This document shows positions 28,763 through 40,067 of a stretch of DNA of 64,000 nucleotides, piece by piece. Under the pieces are notes generated by a model, which saw nothing but the letters and a program-made list of their open reading frames with translations, did no database searches and was not told where the DNA came from. A program made the position numbers and the translations under genes. This DNA is from Methylobacteriaceae bacterium (GTDB lineage: Bacteria; Pseudomonadota; Alphaproteobacteria; Rhizobiales; Beijerinckiaceae): the NCBI GenBank assembly GCA_034669505.1, contig JAXDNJ010000031.1, positions 6,421-70,420 on the forward strand. Reading direction: 5' to 3'. Numbering within the stretch: the first letter of the stretch is position 1; every line of letters begins with the position of its first letter.

Positions 28763-29326
28763 ATGTTCATCCAGACCGAAGCCACGCCCAATCCCGCGAC
28801 GCTGAAGTTCCTGCCCGGCCGGATTGTGGCCCCCGAGCACCCGATCGACATGCGTACACCCGAGGACGCCGTCCAATCGCCGCTCGCGGAGGCGCTTTTT
28901 TCGGTAGAGGGCGTATCGGGTGTGTTTTACGGCTCCGACTTCATCGCGGTGACCCGGCAGTCCGGCGAATGGGAGCACCTGAAGCCGGCGATCCTCGGCG
29001 CCATTATGGAGCACTACATGTCCGGCGCGCCGCTCCTGCGGGACGACGCGGCGCCGCCGACGGCAGCGGCCGGCGGCGAATTCTTCGCGCCCGAAGATGC
29101 CGAGACGGTCGAGACGATCAAGGACCTGATCGAGACCCGCGTGCGGCCGGCGGTCGCCGGGGATGGCGGCGACATCACCTTCAAGGGCTACCGCGACGGG
29201 ACTGTGTTCCTGACGATGAAGGGGGCATGCTCCGGCTGTCCCTCCTCAACGGCAACCCTGAAGCACGGCATTCAGAACCTGTTGCACCATTTCGTGCCGG
29301 AGGTGCAGGCCGTCGAGCAAGTCTAA
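28763..29326 (+). CDS. NifU/Nfu family Fe-S cluster assembly protein
   Basis: MFIQTEATPNPATLKFLPG (Nfu_N domain) and a C-terminal CSGCPSS motif. Confidence 0.9.
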   Translation: MFIQTEATPNPATLKFLPGRIVAPEHPIDMRTPEDAVQSPLAEALFSVEGVSGVFYGSDFIAVTRQSGEWEHLKPAILGAIMEHYMSGAPLLRDDAAPPTAAAGGEFFAPEDAETVETIKDLIETRVRPAVAGDGGDITFKGYRDGTVFLTMKGACSGCPSSTATLKHGIQNLLHHFVPEVQAVEQV

Positions 29327-29358
29327 CTCGATCGCGCCTTCGCAATACCTGCCGCCCT

Positions 29359-29874
29359 TCAGGCGAAGCGCGTCAGTCCGCGATCGCGGCGGCGGTCCTG
29401 CATCGGCTGGTAAGCCATGCGCGCATGCCCCGCGCAATAAGGACCGACGTCGCCGGTTCGGGCCCCGCAGAAGCGGAACTCCGGTGTCGTCGGATCGCCG
29501 AGCGGCCAGCGGCACATATGTTCGCGTAAGTCGGTGATCGTGACGCATTCCGAGATTGGAATGACGTTCTGCTCCATCCTCGCCCTTGGCATTTCCGCTG
29601 CGATTGGTGCCGCCGCAAGCGCGGTGTTGCCGCGCGTGGACAGCGGCCGCATCGTCGCCATCATCCCCATGGGCCGAGCCGGCTTCGGCGCCCGCGGGCG
29701 GGCGGTCGCGGCATTCGGCGGCTTCACCCGTCCCGACATGCCGAGCCGGTGAACTTTGCCGATCACCGCATTGCGCGTGATGCCCCCGCCGAGTTCGCCC
29801 GCAATCTGGCTCGCGCTCAAGCCGTCCTGCCAAAGCTTGCGCAAGAGTTCGACGCGCTCGTCTGTCCAGGACAT
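29359..29874 (-). CDS. gcrA: Cell cycle regulator GcrA
   Basis: MSWTDERVELLRKLWQDGLSASQIAGELGGGITRNAVIGKVHRLG. The start is ATG 29874; the longer ORF to 30165 has no support. Confidence 0.92.
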   Translation of the reverse strand: MSWTDERVELLRKLWQDGLSASQIAGELGGGITRNAVIGKVHRLGMSGRVKPPNAATARPRAPKPARPMGMMATMRPLSTRGNTALAAAPIAAEMPRARMEQNVIPISECVTITDLREHMCRWPLGDPTTPEFRFCGARTGDVGPYCAGHARMAYQPMQDRRRDRGLTRFA

Positions 29875-30284
29875 ATGGCCTCCTGCAAATGGGTCGTTCG
29901 AGTTCAGAACCTGGCACTCCCGCCGAATCCAATGCGCACCGCTGCACCGGGCGAGCCGGCGTCGTCGAACGCATGTCACGCTTTCTGAAGTCCGCCGCCG
30001 CACGAGATGTCGTGGTCGACATCCCAACAAATACTCTATGGGTTGAATCACGCGCAAGAGTCCGTGGCAAGCCGATTTTGTTTTCCCCAAGGGATCGCTG
30101 GGGATTGCGCGCATGCGTGGCGTAAAAGGGGCATTATTCCGCCGCGGATGGCAGCTCGGCCACACATTTGACCAAGCGGGTCCGAGAACTTACATTGAGC
30201 CGCTCTGGAATGCCGTCCCTCGCGGGCGGCACTTTGATTTTGAAGGCACGAACGGCGCCTTCATCTCCAACGTGGAGCGCTCCC

Positions 30285-31484
30285 TTGGCCTCGGCTCTGC
30301 TACCGACTTATGCACGTGCCGACCTTGCTTTCGAGCGGGGCGATGGCGCATGGCTGACGTCGACCAAAGGCGAGCGCTATCTCGATTTCGGCGGCGGCAT
30401 CGCCGTCGCTTCCCTCGGCTATTCGCATCCCCACCTTGTCGAGGCGTTGACTGAGCAGGCCGGAAAGCTCTGGCACACGTCGAACCTGTTCCAGATCCCC
30501 GAAGGCGAGCGCCTCGCGCAGCGGCTTAGCGAGGCAAGCTTTGCCGATTATGTGTTCTTCACGAACTCCGGTGCGGAGGCGCTCGAACTCGCGATCAAGG
30601 TCGCGCGACGCTACCAATATGTGGCCGGCGAGCCCGAGCGCTTCGGGATCATCGGCTTCGAGGGGGCCTTCCACGGCCGTACCCTCGCGACGCTCGCCGC
30701 CGCCGGCACGCAGAAATACCTCGAAGGTTTTGGGCCGAAGGCGGCGGGCTTCGACCAGGTCCCCTATGGCGACCTGGAGGCGCTGAAGGGAGCCATCGGT
30801 CCGCAGACCGGCGCGATCCTGATCGAGCCGATCCAGGGCGAAGGCGGGGTGCGGACGCTGCCGCCTTCCTTCCTGAGGGCGGTGCGCCAGCTCTGCAACA
30901 ACAACGACATCCTGCTCGTCCTCGATGAAGTGCAGACCGGGATGGGCCGCACGGGCAAGCTTTTTGCCTACCAATGGTCGGGCATCGAGCCGGACATCAT
31001 GGCGATCGCTAAGGGCATCGGCGGCGGCTTTCCGCTCGGCGCGTGTTTGACGAGCGAGAAGGCCGGACGCGGCATGACCGTCGGCACGCATGGCACGACG
31101 TATGGCGGCAATCCGCTCGCCATGGCCGTCGGCAACGCGGTGCTCGACGTGGTCCTCGCGCCGGGCTTCATCGATCGCGTCGCGCAAACCGGACTGCTGC
31201 TGCGCCAGCGGCTTGCCGAACTCAAGGATCGGTATCCCTCGGTGATCGAGGAGATACGCGGCGAAGGCCTAATGATCGGCATCAAGACGCGCGTGCCGAA
31301 CACTGACTTTGTTGCGGCTGCACGGGCGGAGAAGCTCTTGACGATACCGGCGGGCGATAACGTGGTGCGGCTCTTGCCGCCGCTGATCGTTACCGATGCG
31401 GAAGTAAACGAGGCGATCGAGCGCCTGTCGTGTGCCTCCGATCAACTTGACGTTCCGGTCGTACAACGGGGAGCCGCAGAGTGA
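30285..31484 (+). CDS. argD: Acetylornithine aminotransferase (class III PLP aminotransferase)
   Basis: TTG 30285 gives [19 protein letters not shown], the usual ArgD N-terminus. [11 protein letters not shown] and the Schiff-base lysine context [13 protein letters not shown] are present. The start is uncertain within 30168-30285. Confidence 0.9.
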   Translation: MASALLPTYARADLAFERGDGAWLTSTKGERYLDFGGGIAVASLGYSHPHLVEALTEQAGKLWHTSNLFQIPEGERLAQRLSEASFADYVFFTNSGAEALELAIKVARRYQYVAGEPERFGIIGFEGAFHGRTLATLAAAGTQKYLEGFGPKAAGFDQVPYGDLEALKGAIGPQTGAILIEPIQGEGGVRTLPPSFLRAVRQLCNNNDILLVLDEVQTGMGRTGKLFAYQWSGIEPDIMAIAKGIGGGFPLGACLTSEKAGRGMTVGTHGTTYGGNPLAMAVGNAVLDVVLAPGFIDRVAQTGLLLRQRLAELKDRYPSVIEEIRGEGLMIGIKTRVPNTDFVAAARAEKLLTIPAGDNVVRLLPPLIVTDAEVNEAIERLSCASDQLDVPVVQRGAAE

Positions 31485-32431
31485 GCTCGGTCCACGCGCA
31501 AAAGCGAGGCCGGGACTTCGTCGACATTTCCGAGACGTCGACGGCTGATCTCCGCCACATGCTTGGCGAGGCGACTGCGATCAAGGCGGCGCGTCGAATG
31601 AACGGCCGTTTCGCACCGGGAAAACCGCTCGCCGGCAAAGTGCTGGCGATGATCTTCGATAAACCGTCGACACGCACGCGCGTCTCGTTCGATCTTGCCA
31701 TGCGCGAACTCGGCGGCGAGACGCTTGTCCTTACCGGCGGCGAGATGCAGCTCGGGCGTGGCGAGACGATTGCCGACACGGCGCGCGTCCTGTCTCGCTT
31801 TGTCGATGCGATCATGATCCGCACGTTGAAACACGAGGACGTCATCGAATTGGCGCGGCACGCGACGGTTCCCGTCATCAACGGCCTCACCAAGAAATCA
31901 CATCCAACGCAGGTCATGGCCGACGTCCTGACCTTTGAGGAGCGTCGCGGGCCGATCAAGGACCGCACGATTTCCTGGTGCGGCGACGGCAACAATGTGC
32001 TGGCGAGCTGGATTCATGCGGCAGCGCGCCTCGACTTCAACCTACGTATCGCGACACCGCCGGAACTCGCGCCGGCACCTGCCCTCATCAGATGGGCGAA
32101 AAGCAATGATGCTCGCATCGCGGTGACGAGCGATCCGTTCGAGGCGGTCGATGACGCCGATGCAATCATTACCGATTGCTGGGTCTCGATGGGCGATCGC
32201 GACGAGAAGAAACGGCACAACCTCCTCGCGCCATATCAAGTGAATGCCAAGCTAATGGGCGCGGCGAACCCGGATGCGATCTTTATGCATTGCCTGCCGG
32301 CCCATCGCGGCGAGGAAGTTACCGACGACGTGATGGACGGCCCGCAATCGGCGGCCTTCGATGAGGCCGAGAATCGCTTGCATGCGCAAAAGGGCATTCT
32401 GTCCTGGTGCTTCGAGACACCCGCGACCTGA
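31481..32431 (+). CDS. argF: Ornithine carbamoyltransferase
   Basis: [16 protein letters not shown] and [10 protein letters not shown] motifs. It overlaps the argD stop. Confidence 0.95.
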   Translation: MSSVHAQKRGRDFVDISETSTADLRHMLGEATAIKAARRMNGRFAPGKPLAGKVLAMIFDKPSTRTRVSFDLAMRELGGETLVLTGGEMQLGRGETIADTARVLSRFVDAIMIRTLKHEDVIELARHATVPVINGLTKKSHPTQVMADVLTFEERRGPIKDRTISWCGDGNNVLASWIHAAARLDFNLRIATPPELAPAPALIRWAKSNDARIAVTSDPFEAVDDADAIITDCWVSMGDRDEKKRHNLLAPYQVNAKLMGAANPDAIFMHCLPAHRGEEVTDDVMDGPQSAAFDEAENRLHAQKGILSWCFETPAT

Positions 32432-33423
32432 TGCAGCCCGCCACGTCCCAAGCGCGCACGAGCCGGCCTGTTTCCGATCTCGCTCGTGACGACACGGTGC
32501 TGCCGTTTGCGGTCGCGGCGCTCGACCTGCGCGGGCGTCTGGTGAGGCTCGGCCCGGCGATCGATCAAATCCTCTCGCGGCATGATTATCCGAGCCCGGT
32601 TGCGCGGCTTGCCGGCGAGGCGGCAGCACTCACCGTGCTGCTCGGCTCTGCGCTCAAGATCGAAGGGCGTTTCCAGATGCAGACGCGCACCGATGGCGTC
32701 GTCGACATGATCGTCGTCGATTTCGACGCGCCGGACCGGCTGCGCGCATTCGCCCGGTTCGATGCGGCCCAGTTCGAGCAAGCGAATGCCCAAGGCCGCA
32801 CCGGGGCCGCCGACCTCCTGGGCCGCGGACATCTTGCCTTCACGATCGAGCGCGGCGGCGATCTCGCCCGCTATCAGGGTGTCGTGGCGCTGGAAAACGA
32901 CAGCTTCGAAGAAGCCGCGCATCGTTATTTCCGTCAGTCCGAACAGATACCGACCTTTGTCCGATTGGCCGTCGCCGAGAATGTGACCGGCGCCGGGTCT
33001 AGCTGGCGCGCCGGCGGATTGCTGGTGCAGTTCCTGCCCGAAGCGCCGGAGCGCCGCCGCCAGGCCGACCTCGATCCCGGCGATGCGCCGGAAGGAAGTG
33101 CAGAGAGCGACGTGGCGACCGAGGACGACGCGTGGACGGAAGGCAAGACGCTCGCCGCCACCGTCGAGGATCACGAACTTGTCGACCCGAGATTATCGAG
33201 CGAGCGGCTGCTCTATCGCCTTTTCCATGAGCGCGGCGTGCGGGTGTTCGAACCCCAGCCTGTTCATGACGTGTGCCGATGCTCGACCGACCGCGTCGCT
33301 TCGATGCTGCGGCAATTCACGCCGCAAGAACGCGCCGACATGGTCGGCGACGATGGCAAGATCGGCGTCACCTGCGAATTCTGCTCGACCCATCGCGAAT
33401 TCGACCCAGCGGAATTCGATTAG
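32431..33423 (+). CDS. hslO: Hsp33 family redox-regulated chaperone
   Basis: C-terminal zinc centre CRCS...CEFC. There is a TGATG overlap with argF. Confidence 0.92.
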   Translation: MQPATSQARTSRPVSDLARDDTVLPFAVAALDLRGRLVRLGPAIDQILSRHDYPSPVARLAGEAAALTVLLGSALKIEGRFQMQTRTDGVVDMIVVDFDAPDRLRAFARFDAAQFEQANAQGRTGAADLLGRGHLAFTIERGGDLARYQGVVALENDSFEEAAHRYFRQSEQIPTFVRLAVAENVTGAGSSWRAGGLLVQFLPEAPERRRQADLDPGDAPEGSAESDVATEDDAWTEGKTLAATVEDHELVDPRLSSERLLYRLFHERGVRVFEPQPVHDVCRCSTDRVASMLRQFTPQERADMVGDDGKIGVTCEFCSTHREFDPAEFD

Positions 33424-33507
33424 TCGGAAGAAGCCACTTCGCCAGACGCGTGCAGCGATGGCGCCCACCCTGGCGAGCTTACGCGGCGTGCGCGTCCGGG
33501 AATGTGG

Positions 33508-34536
33508 TTACTTGCCGGGCTCAGCCCCGCCCGTTTCGTGCTCCGCCGCATCCTTCTGCGCTTCGCGGCGATGCAGCTTGATCCGCTTCACCCGCCGCGG
33601 ATCGGCATCGAGAATCTCGTATTCGATCGCACGCGTCGGATCAGCCACGATTTCGCCACGGACCGGAACGTGGCCGGCGATAGACGCAATCAAGCCGCCG
33701 ATCGTATCGATGTCCTCCGCAAGGTCATCACCTGCCAAATCCATGCCGACGGCTTTCGAGGCGTCCTCGACGCTCGCACGCGCGTCGATCACGAATGTCC
33801 CGTCGGGGGCGGCGGTGATCTGCGGGTCTTCCTCAAGATCGTGTTCGTCCTCAATATCGCCAACGATCATCTCGACGATATCTTCGATCGAAACGAGCCC
33901 GTCCGTCCCGCCGTATTCGTCAATGACAAGCGCCATATGCGTACGCGTAGACTGCATTTTCACCAAGAGGTCGAGCGCCGGCATCGACGGGGGCGCAAAC
34001 AGAACCGGGCGCAAGATGTTCGCCTGCGCGAGGGGCACGCCGAGATTCAGCGTCGGCGCGGAGGCGATCTCGTCCGTCTCGTCCGATTTCGTTTCCGGCC
34101 CTGGGCCGCTCTTGCACTTCAACGCCGCGACGCTTTCAGCGCTCGCTGCCAGATAGTCGACGAAATCGCGAATATGCACCATGCCTCGCGGATCATCGAG
34201 CGTTTCGGCATGCACCGGAAGCCGCGAGTGACCCGCGGTGCGGAATACGCGCAGGACCTCGCGCAGCGTGGTTTCGAGTGCAACCGCAACAATATCGGCG
34301 CGCGGCACCATCACGTCTTCGACTCTCAATTCGTGCAAGTTGAGCACGTTCTTGAGCATCGCGCGTTCCTGCACGGAAAAGTCGTCGTTCGCCGAGGTAT
34401 CTTCGAGCGCGATTTGAATGTCATCGCGGATCGATGCGCCGCCGAGACCAAACAATCCTCGCAGACGTTCGAGAAGGCTCGGACGCGCGGCAACGTGCGC
34501 TTCACCCGCGATCGCGTCCCGTTCGATTTCAGTCAT
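33508..34536 (-). CDS. HlyC/CorC family transporter-associated protein (CBS pair + CorC_HlyC domain)
   Basis: Tandem CBS domains and a C-terminal CorC/TransAssoc domain. It occupies the ybeX position after ybeY. Confidence 0.9.
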   Translation of the reverse strand: MTEIERDAIAGEAHVAARPSLLERLRGLFGLGGASIRDDIQIALEDTSANDDFSVQERAMLKNVLNLHELRVEDVMVPRADIVAVALETTLREVLRVFRTAGHSRLPVHAETLDDPRGMVHIRDFVDYLAASAESVAALKCKSGPGPETKSDETDEIASAPTLNLGVPLAQANILRPVLFAPPSMPALDLLVKMQSTRTHMALVIDEYGGTDGLVSIEDIVEMIVGDIEDEHDLEEDPQITAAPDGTFVIDARASVEDASKAVGMDLAGDDLAEDIDTIGGLIASIAGHVPVRGEIVADPTRAIEYEILDADPRRVKRIKLHRREAQKDAAEHETGGAEPGK

Positions 34537-35030
34537 GTTGAAACTGAAGCACTCTCGGCCGGTAGCGTATCGGCATAAGGATCATCGATCCCGAGTTTCG
34601 CCAGGACCCGACGCTCGAAGTCCTCCATTTCTTCTGCATCCCTCGCATTCTCGTGATCGAAGCCGAGAAGATGCAGCAAGCCATGGACAAGCATGTGGGC
34701 GAGATGGTCCGGAAGCGAGCGGCCGGCTTCCCGCGCCTCTTCCGAAACATACTCAAAGGCAACAACGATATCGCCCAGCAAAGGCCCGCGGTCCCCGGCA
34801 GGCGCAGGAAACGACAGGACGTTCGTCGCTTTATCCTTGTTGCGCCAAGCGAGATTGAGTGCGCGGATTTCGCTGTCATCGCATAAGCGAATGCTGATCT
34901 CGGCATCGGCATGCACACGCTTGCCGACTTCGATGAGCGTTGCGGCAACCACGTCCTGCGCCAGGGTGTCGACATCACCTGCGGCGAGCCATGCCGGATC
35001 GACGACCTCCACATCGACAATAATCGTCAC
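34533..35030 (-). CDS. ybeY: rRNA maturation endoribonuclease YbeY
   Basis: HGLLHLLGFDH zinc motif. Confidence 0.95.
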   Translation of the reverse strand: MTIIVDVEVVDPAWLAAGDVDTLAQDVVAATLIEVGKRVHADAEISIRLCDDSEIRALNLAWRNKDKATNVLSFPAPAGDRGPLLGDIVVAFEYVSEEAREAGRSLPDHLAHMLVHGLLHLLGFDHENARDAEEMEDFERRVLAKLGIDDPYADTLPAESASVST

Positions 35031-36145
35031 GACGAACCTCGCCGCGTTCGAGCAAGCTCGTGCGCGTCGGGGCGGCGCGCGCGCGCGGCCGCCTCATAGG
35101 CGCCGACGATCCGCCGCACGAGGTCGTGGCGCACGACGTCGCCCTCGCGGAAAATCACGTGACCGATGCCTTCAACGCGCGACAGCAGGGAAACCGCTTC
35201 GCTCAATCCCGATGTCTGGCCCGGCGGCAGGTCCGTTTGCGTCGGGTCGCCGGTCACGATCATGCGCGAATTCTCGCCGAGCCGCGTCAGAAACATCTTC
35301 ATCTGCATCGACGTCGCGTTCTGCGCTTCATCGAGCAGGATGCACGCGTTGCTGAGCGTCCGCCCGCGCATGAAAGCGAGCGGCGCGACTTCGATCATGC
35401 CAGTCTGCATGCCGCGCTCAACCATGCGGCCATCCATGAAATCCTGCAGGGCGTCGTAAATCGGCCGCAGATACGGATCGACTTTTTCACGCATATCGCC
35501 CGGCAAAAAACCGAGCCGCTCGCCGGCTTCGAGCGCCGGTCGGGACAAGACGAGGCGCTCGACCTTGCCCTGTTCGAGCAAGCTCACCGCATAGCCGACC
35601 GCAAGCCAGGTCTTGCCGGTGCCCGCCGGCCCCTCGGCGAAAACCAGCTCGTTGCTGCGCATTGCCTGCAGATAAGCGTGCTGCGCGGTGTTGCGCGCCC
35701 GCACCGAGCCGCGCTTTCGCGTCGACAATTGCTCGAACGCGCCTTGGCCGGCCGGTAACTCTTCGGGAAATAGCGAGCCCTGCAGCCGACTTTCCTGCAC
35801 CGCGCCGTCGACATCGCCGAGCGTGATCTCGTGGCCGGATACCGCGCGGGAATACAGCAATTCGAGCACGTGGCGGGCCTGATTGCAGGCGCCGCCCTCG
35901 CCTTTCAGCGTAACATGATTGCCGTTCGCATGTGCAACGACGCCGAGCACGCGTTCGAGCTTGGCAAGGTTCTGATCGTACTGACCCAGCACGACGGAGG
36001 CCGCGCGATTATCCTCGAAGGTCAGCGTGACCTCGCAGATATCGGCAGGCCCGTCTGTTGAAGACTCGGGACGCGGCGCCTCGGGAGGCAATGGCTCGGG
36101 GCGCTGTCGCGCGGCTGCGCGGTCGGCAGATCTCAAGTCGGACAT
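35027..36145 (-). CDS. PhoH family ATPase (YbeZ-like)
   Basis: Walker A GPAGTGKT. The C-terminal PhoH domain contains ILLDEAQN. Confidence 0.93.
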   Translation of the reverse strand: MSDLRSADRAAARQRPEPLPPEAPRPESSTDGPADICEVTLTFEDNRAASVVLGQYDQNLAKLERVLGVVAHANGNHVTLKGEGGACNQARHVLELLYSRAVSGHEITLGDVDGAVQESRLQGSLFPEELPAGQGAFEQLSTRKRGSVRARNTAQHAYLQAMRSNELVFAEGPAGTGKTWLAVGYAVSLLEQGKVERLVLSRPALEAGERLGFLPGDMREKVDPYLRPIYDALQDFMDGRMVERGMQTGMIEVAPLAFMRGRTLSNACILLDEAQNATSMQMKMFLTRLGENSRMIVTGDPTQTDLPPGQTSGLSEAVSLLSRVEGIGHVIFREGDVVRHDLVRRIVGAYEAAARARRPDAHELARTRRGSS

Positions 36146-37566
36146 TCTCCCGCCGAGTGCGTTTCTTCGACACGCCGGCCCAACAGAGAGTTCGGGGCTG
36201 CCGCGATGATTTCAACCGGTACGATTTGGCAGATCAGCTCTTCCGGGCCGTCAAGGTGAACCGCCTGCTGGTAAGGCGAGCGGCCGGCGATCTGGCCGGA
36301 ATGGCGGCCTCGCTTTTCGATCAGCACATCGACGGTGCGGCCGACCGTCTCGGCATTGAAGGCCCGCCGCTGCTCGTCGAGCAGAGCCTGCAGACGCGCC
36401 AAACGCTCCTCCTTCAGCGATTCGTCGATCTGATCGGCGCGTTCAGCGCCCGGCGTTCCTGGCCGGCGCGAATATTTGAACGAGAAGGCACCGGCATAGC
36501 CAACCGCCCGAATGAGCGCGAGCGTCGCTTCGAAATCAGCCTCGCTCTCGCCGGGAAAGCCGACGATGAAGTCGGACGAGAGCGCGATCTCCGGGCGTGC
36601 TTGCCTAACCGCTTTAATAATATCGAGATAGTGCGCCGCGCTGTGCTTGCGGTTCATCGCCGCGAGCACGCGATCGGAGCCCGATTGTATCGGCAGGTGC
36701 AGGTACGGCATGAGCGCCGGCACCTCGCGATGCGCCGCAATCAGCTCCTCGTCCATGTCGGCAGGGTGGCTCGTCGTGTAACGCAGCCGCGCAATGCCGG
36801 GACTTTCGGCAAGCCGCCCGATGAGACGCCCTAGCGAACAGGTGCGGCCGCGCTCGTCTTCGCCGTGATAGGCATTGACGTTCTGCCCGAGCAGCGTCAC
36901 TTCGCGAACGCCCGCACGTGCCAGGCGCTCGACGTCGGCGACGACCTCTGCAACCGGCCGCGAGAATTCGGCACCGCGCGTGTAGGGCACGACGCAGAAG
37001 CTGCAGAACTTGTCGCATCCTTCCTGCACGGTGACGAAAGCGGCGACGCCGCGCGCCCGGATGCGCGGCTCGCTCAAAGCCGGCAATTCGGCGAACTTAT
37101 CCTCGACCGGAAAATCGGTGTCGATCACGCGCCGCCCATCGCGCGCGCGCCGCAGCAGGTCGGGTAGGCGGTGATAGCTCTGCGGACCGACGACGAGATC
37201 GACCGCGCTCTCACGCCGCATGATCTCGCCGCCTTCGGCTTGCGCGACGCAGCCGGCGATCCCGATCAGCATCTCGTCTCCTGCGGCCCGGCGCGTCTCT
37301 TTGAACGCACGCAGCCGGCCAAGCTCAGAGAATACTTTCTCAGAGGCGCGCTCACGGATGTGGCAGGTATTGAGGAGAACGAGATCGGCAGCTTCAGGCG
37401 AATTGGCGAAGTCATAGCCTTCGAGCGCGAGAATATCGCCCATGCGCTCGGAATCGTACACGTTCATCTGACAGCCGTATGACTTGATGAACGCGCGACG
37501 CGGTCTGTTCAGTGCCGGTGCCTCTGGTTTTCCCTCGTCCCGGATCAGTTCAAGCGACTCGCTCAT
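36133..37566 (-). CDS. miaB: tRNA-2-methylthio-N6-dimethylallyladenosine synthase
   Basis: N-terminal UPF0004 cysteines (SYGCQMN), radical SAM motif [15 protein letters not shown] and a TRAM domain. Confidence 0.95.
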   Translation of the reverse strand: MSESLELIRDEGKPEAPALNRPRRAFIKSYGCQMNVYDSERMGDILALEGYDFANSPEAADLVLLNTCHIRERASEKVFSELGRLRAFKETRRAAGDEMLIGIAGCVAQAEGGEIMRRESAVDLVVGPQSYHRLPDLLRRARDGRRVIDTDFPVEDKFAELPALSEPRIRARGVAAFVTVQEGCDKFCSFCVVPYTRGAEFSRPVAEVVADVERLARAGVREVTLLGQNVNAYHGEDERGRTCSLGRLIGRLAESPGIARLRYTTSHPADMDEELIAAHREVPALMPYLHLPIQSGSDRVLAAMNRKHSAAHYLDIIKAVRQARPEIALSSDFIVGFPGESEADFEATLALIRAVGYAGAFSFKYSRRPGTPGAERADQIDESLKEERLARLQALLDEQRRAFNAETVGRTVDVLIEKRGRHSGQIAGRSPYQQAVHLDGPEELICQIVPVEIIAAAPNSLLGRRVEETHSAGECPT

Positions 37567-37652
37567 GTCCCCCTTGGCGTGCCCACTTGGGCCCAGTCTC
37601 GCTCGCGTGTTCTACGATGTTTCCTGGAGGAAGAGAACCGTGCAGCGGCCGT

Positions 37653-38507
37653 TCACACCGCCTTCAATACAGGCAATAGCGGCGCGAACTCCGGCAGGAG
37701 CGCTTCGGCCTTATCCGGCCGCCCGGCCAAGCGCGGGCTCAACAGGCGACGCACCGCGATCTCGGTCTGGCGCGCCACGGCTTTGCGATCGCTCGTCCGC
37801 TCGAACCGGATCGGGGCACCATAAGTGACTTCGCAGTCGATTCCGCCCCGGCTGACCAAGGCCCAAAGATGCGGCAGGAGGTCCGTGTCGCCGTACCACG
37901 CCACATCGGAGCGTCCGAGGCGACCGAGGGGTAGGCCGTTGCGCCTGGTATAGGCGATCCCAACCGGCGCGATGTCCAAGTAACCGGCCTCCGGCCGGAC
38001 GCGGAGGAAATCCCGGGCCGCAGCAAAATGGGGGGCATTGAAGTGCTTCAGGCGATTGCCGTCGCCCGTCGTGGCCTCGGCGAAGAGCACGACGTCGTCA
38101 CCCCGCGCGAGGCACTCACTGAGCGCGGCATTGACGCGAAGGATCGAGCGTGGCCGCTGTCGCTCGACGAAAATCGTTCCGGTCAGGCGCGCGATTGCCC
38201 CGAAGAACGGCCAGCCCGCGACTTCGCTCTTCGCCACGAAGCGCAACGGCGCCTGCACGCATCCGAGCACGAGCACGTCGGTCCAGGACACATGATTGGG
38301 GACGATCATCCGCGGCGAAGGGCCGGCTATGCGGCCGTGGAACCGCGGGCGGATGCCGAGCAGCCGGCACGTGACACGGCAAAACAGCAGCGGCAAACGG
38401 TTCTGGAGATGCCAGCCGCAGCCCATCGCCAGCCATTGCAGCGGTACGACTACGACAACGAGTAGTGCAAATCCGGCGAGAGCAAGAATGCCGCGCAAAT
38501 AATTCAT
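37653..38507 (-). CDS. Lysophospholipid (1-acyl-sn-glycerol-3-phosphate) acyltransferase family protein
   Basis: N-terminal TM helix. Acyltransferase HX4D motif NHVSWTDVLV, and FAEATTG. Confidence 0.85.
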   Translation of the reverse strand: MNYLRGILALAGFALLVVVVVPLQWLAMGCGWHLQNRLPLLFCRVTCRLLGIRPRFHGRIAGPSPRMIVPNHVSWTDVLVLGCVQAPLRFVAKSEVAGWPFFGAIARLTGTIFVERQRPRSILRVNAALSECLARGDDVVLFAEATTGDGNRLKHFNAPHFAAARDFLRVRPEAGYLDIAPVGIAYTRRNGLPLGRLGRSDVAWYGDTDLLPHLWALVSRGGIDCEVTYGAPIRFERTSDRKAVARQTEIAVRRLLSPRLAGRPDKAEALLPEFAPLLPVLKAV

Positions 38508-38543
38508 CAGCGACTCAGCGATGGAAGCAATCGGCGCGGCACG

Positions 38544-39023
38544 TCAGCCAAGGTCGCAGCGTAAAGTCAAGGCAGGCGCGCCGGCGCCGCCCTGCTTGTG
38601 GTAGTAATTCTTGCGCTCGCCGATGGTCTCGAAACCGAGGCGCCCATACAGCGCCAGCGCGCTGGCATTGCCGCGCTCGACCTCGAGGAACACGCGGGCA
38701 ACCCCCGCGGCGGCAAGGCGGGCGAGGTGAGCGTTCATCAGCGTGCCGCCGATGCCCTTGCCGCGCTCGGATTTCGCGACCGCTACCGACAATACCTCCG
38801 CCTCGCCGGCGGCGTGGCGCGACAGGGCGAAGCCGATGAGGCTGCCGCCGCGGGCGAGCGCGCCGTCGCCGGCCGCGCTGCTGCCGGCGAGCAGGCTCTC
38901 GAACTCGGCCGTGGACCAGGGATGGGCAAACGACGTGGCGTGCAGCCGCGCGCAATCCTGCGCCGCCGAGGGGCCGATCGGCCGGATCGAGTAGGACGGG
39001 GACTTGCGAAGGAACGAGAACAT
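38544..39023 (-). CDS. rimI: GNAT acetyltransferase, RimI-like (ribosomal-protein-alanine N-acetyltransferase)
   Basis: Acetyl-CoA motif RGKGIGGTLM. It is adjacent to tsaB and overlaps it. Confidence 0.8.
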   Translation of the reverse strand: MFSFLRKSPSYSIRPIGPSAAQDCARLHATSFAHPWSTAEFESLLAGSSAAGDGALARGGSLIGFALSRHAAGEAEVLSVAVAKSERGKGIGGTLMNAHLARLAAAGVARVFLEVERGNASALALYGRLGFETIGERKNYYHKQGGAGAPALTLRCDLG

Positions 39024-39745
39024 CAGGGCGGAAGGCCGGGCGCCTCGGCTTTTTCCCCTTCTTCGGCGCGCTCGATCGCCGGCGCCGGCTGCGGCTTGGC
39101 ATCGGGCGCCTTGAGATAGAGCGGCCGCGCCGGGGCGCTTGCGGGATCGGCGGCAAGTCCGAGCCGAGCCACGTAGGCAATATCCGGCGCGATCCGATCG
39201 CCGAGGACTTCAGCCCGCAGGCCGATCGACCATGCCTCGATCGCCAGCATCGGCGCACCCGAGCCGGTGATGCGCAAAGGTCCGGCGCCAAGCGCCCGCA
39301 CCGCGTCGCGTACGGGCGCGTGCCGCGGCGAGAGAATGGTGCGCCCGTGGGGCCCGTAGCCCGTGACGTAGACGCTGCCGTGGAGCGCGTCGATCGCGGC
39401 GACCACCACGCCATCGTCACCCTCCAGGATCAGCGGCGCGGCGAGGGCTGCAAGCGTGGACACGCCGGCGACGGGAATGCGCCGCGCAACCCCGATCGCG
39501 CGGGCGGCGGACAGGCCCACCCGAATGCCGGTAAAGGAGCCCGGCCCGACCGTCACCGCGACGCGATGGAGTGCGGCGAAGCCGCCCTCGGCATGTGCGA
39601 CGACGCGTTCGATCAAGGGCAGCAGCGCCTCGGCATGGCCGCGCGCCATCGGGATCGTTTCGGCCGAGACCGGCTCCGCGGCATCTGAATCGAGCACGCA
39701 GGCCGAGCAGGCCGGCAGCGCCGTGTCGATCGCGAGGATTCTCAT
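39023..39745 (-). CDS. tsaB: tRNA threonylcarbamoyladenosine biosynthesis protein TsaB
   Basis: MRILAIDTALPACSACV and VTVGPGSFTGIRVGLSAARAI. Confidence 0.9.
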   Translation of the reverse strand: MRILAIDTALPACSACVLDSDAAEPVSAETIPMARGHAEALLPLIERVVAHAEGGFAALHRVAVTVGPGSFTGIRVGLSAARAIGVARRIPVAGVSTLAALAAPLILEGDDGVVVAAIDALHGSVYVTGYGPHGRTILSPRHAPVRDAVRALGAGPLRITGSGAPMLAIEAWSIGLRAEVLGDRIAPDIAYVARLGLAADPASAPARPLYLKAPDAKPQPAPAIERAEEGEKAEAPGLPP

Positions 39746-39842
39746 ACGCCTACTGTCAACGTTTTGCGGCGTGCGATCAATCGATCCGCGGCAGGGGCTC
39801 CGGCAACTTCACACAAAGCCGAGCGCGATCTACAATAAAATA

Positions 39843-40067
39843 ATGACGAAGCTCCTCAGCGAGGCTCTCGACGCGCTGCAGCGTCTCCCCCCGGATCGCC
39901 AGGACCACATTGCGCGGGCGATTCTCGCCTTGGCGGATGAGGGCGAGCCTGAAGAGATCGATCCGAGGGACTTGCCTGCGGTTCTAGAAGGACTTGAGCA
40001 AATCGAACGCGGTGAATTCGCGTCGGACGAGGAGGTCGAGGCGATCTTTCGCCGTCTCAGGGAATGA
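39843..40067 (+). CDS. Type II antitoxin (ParD/RelB-like partner of ParE toxin)
   Basis: A 74-aa acidic protein. Its stop overlaps the toxin start (ATGA). Confidence 0.7.
   Translation: MTKLLSEALDALQRLPPDRQDHIARAILALADEGEPEEIDPRDLPAVLEGLEQIERGEFASDEEVEAIFRRLRE

Noticed and set aside
28732-30070. ORFs of 265 aa (+) and 274 aa (-) across nfu and gcrA
   Set aside because: They are alternative frames of genes with clear family motifs. They are Arg-rich and low-complexity.
29875-30167. Three GANTC (CcrM) sites upstream of gcrA (29925, 30045, 30058)
   Set aside because: With this base composition, roughly one site is expected by chance in about 290 nt. Three is suggestive but not significant, and no CtrA box (TTAA-N7-TTAA) is present.
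33083-34578. Two plus-strand ORFs of 357-358 aa
   Set aside because: They are antisense or out of frame relative to the CBS/CorC gene and the hslO tail. They are low-complexity Ser/Arg/Ala-rich sequences.
38515-39420. 301-aa minus-strand ORF spanning rimI and tsaB
   Set aside because: It is an alternative frame of two well-supported genes. It is extremely Arg/Pro-rich.
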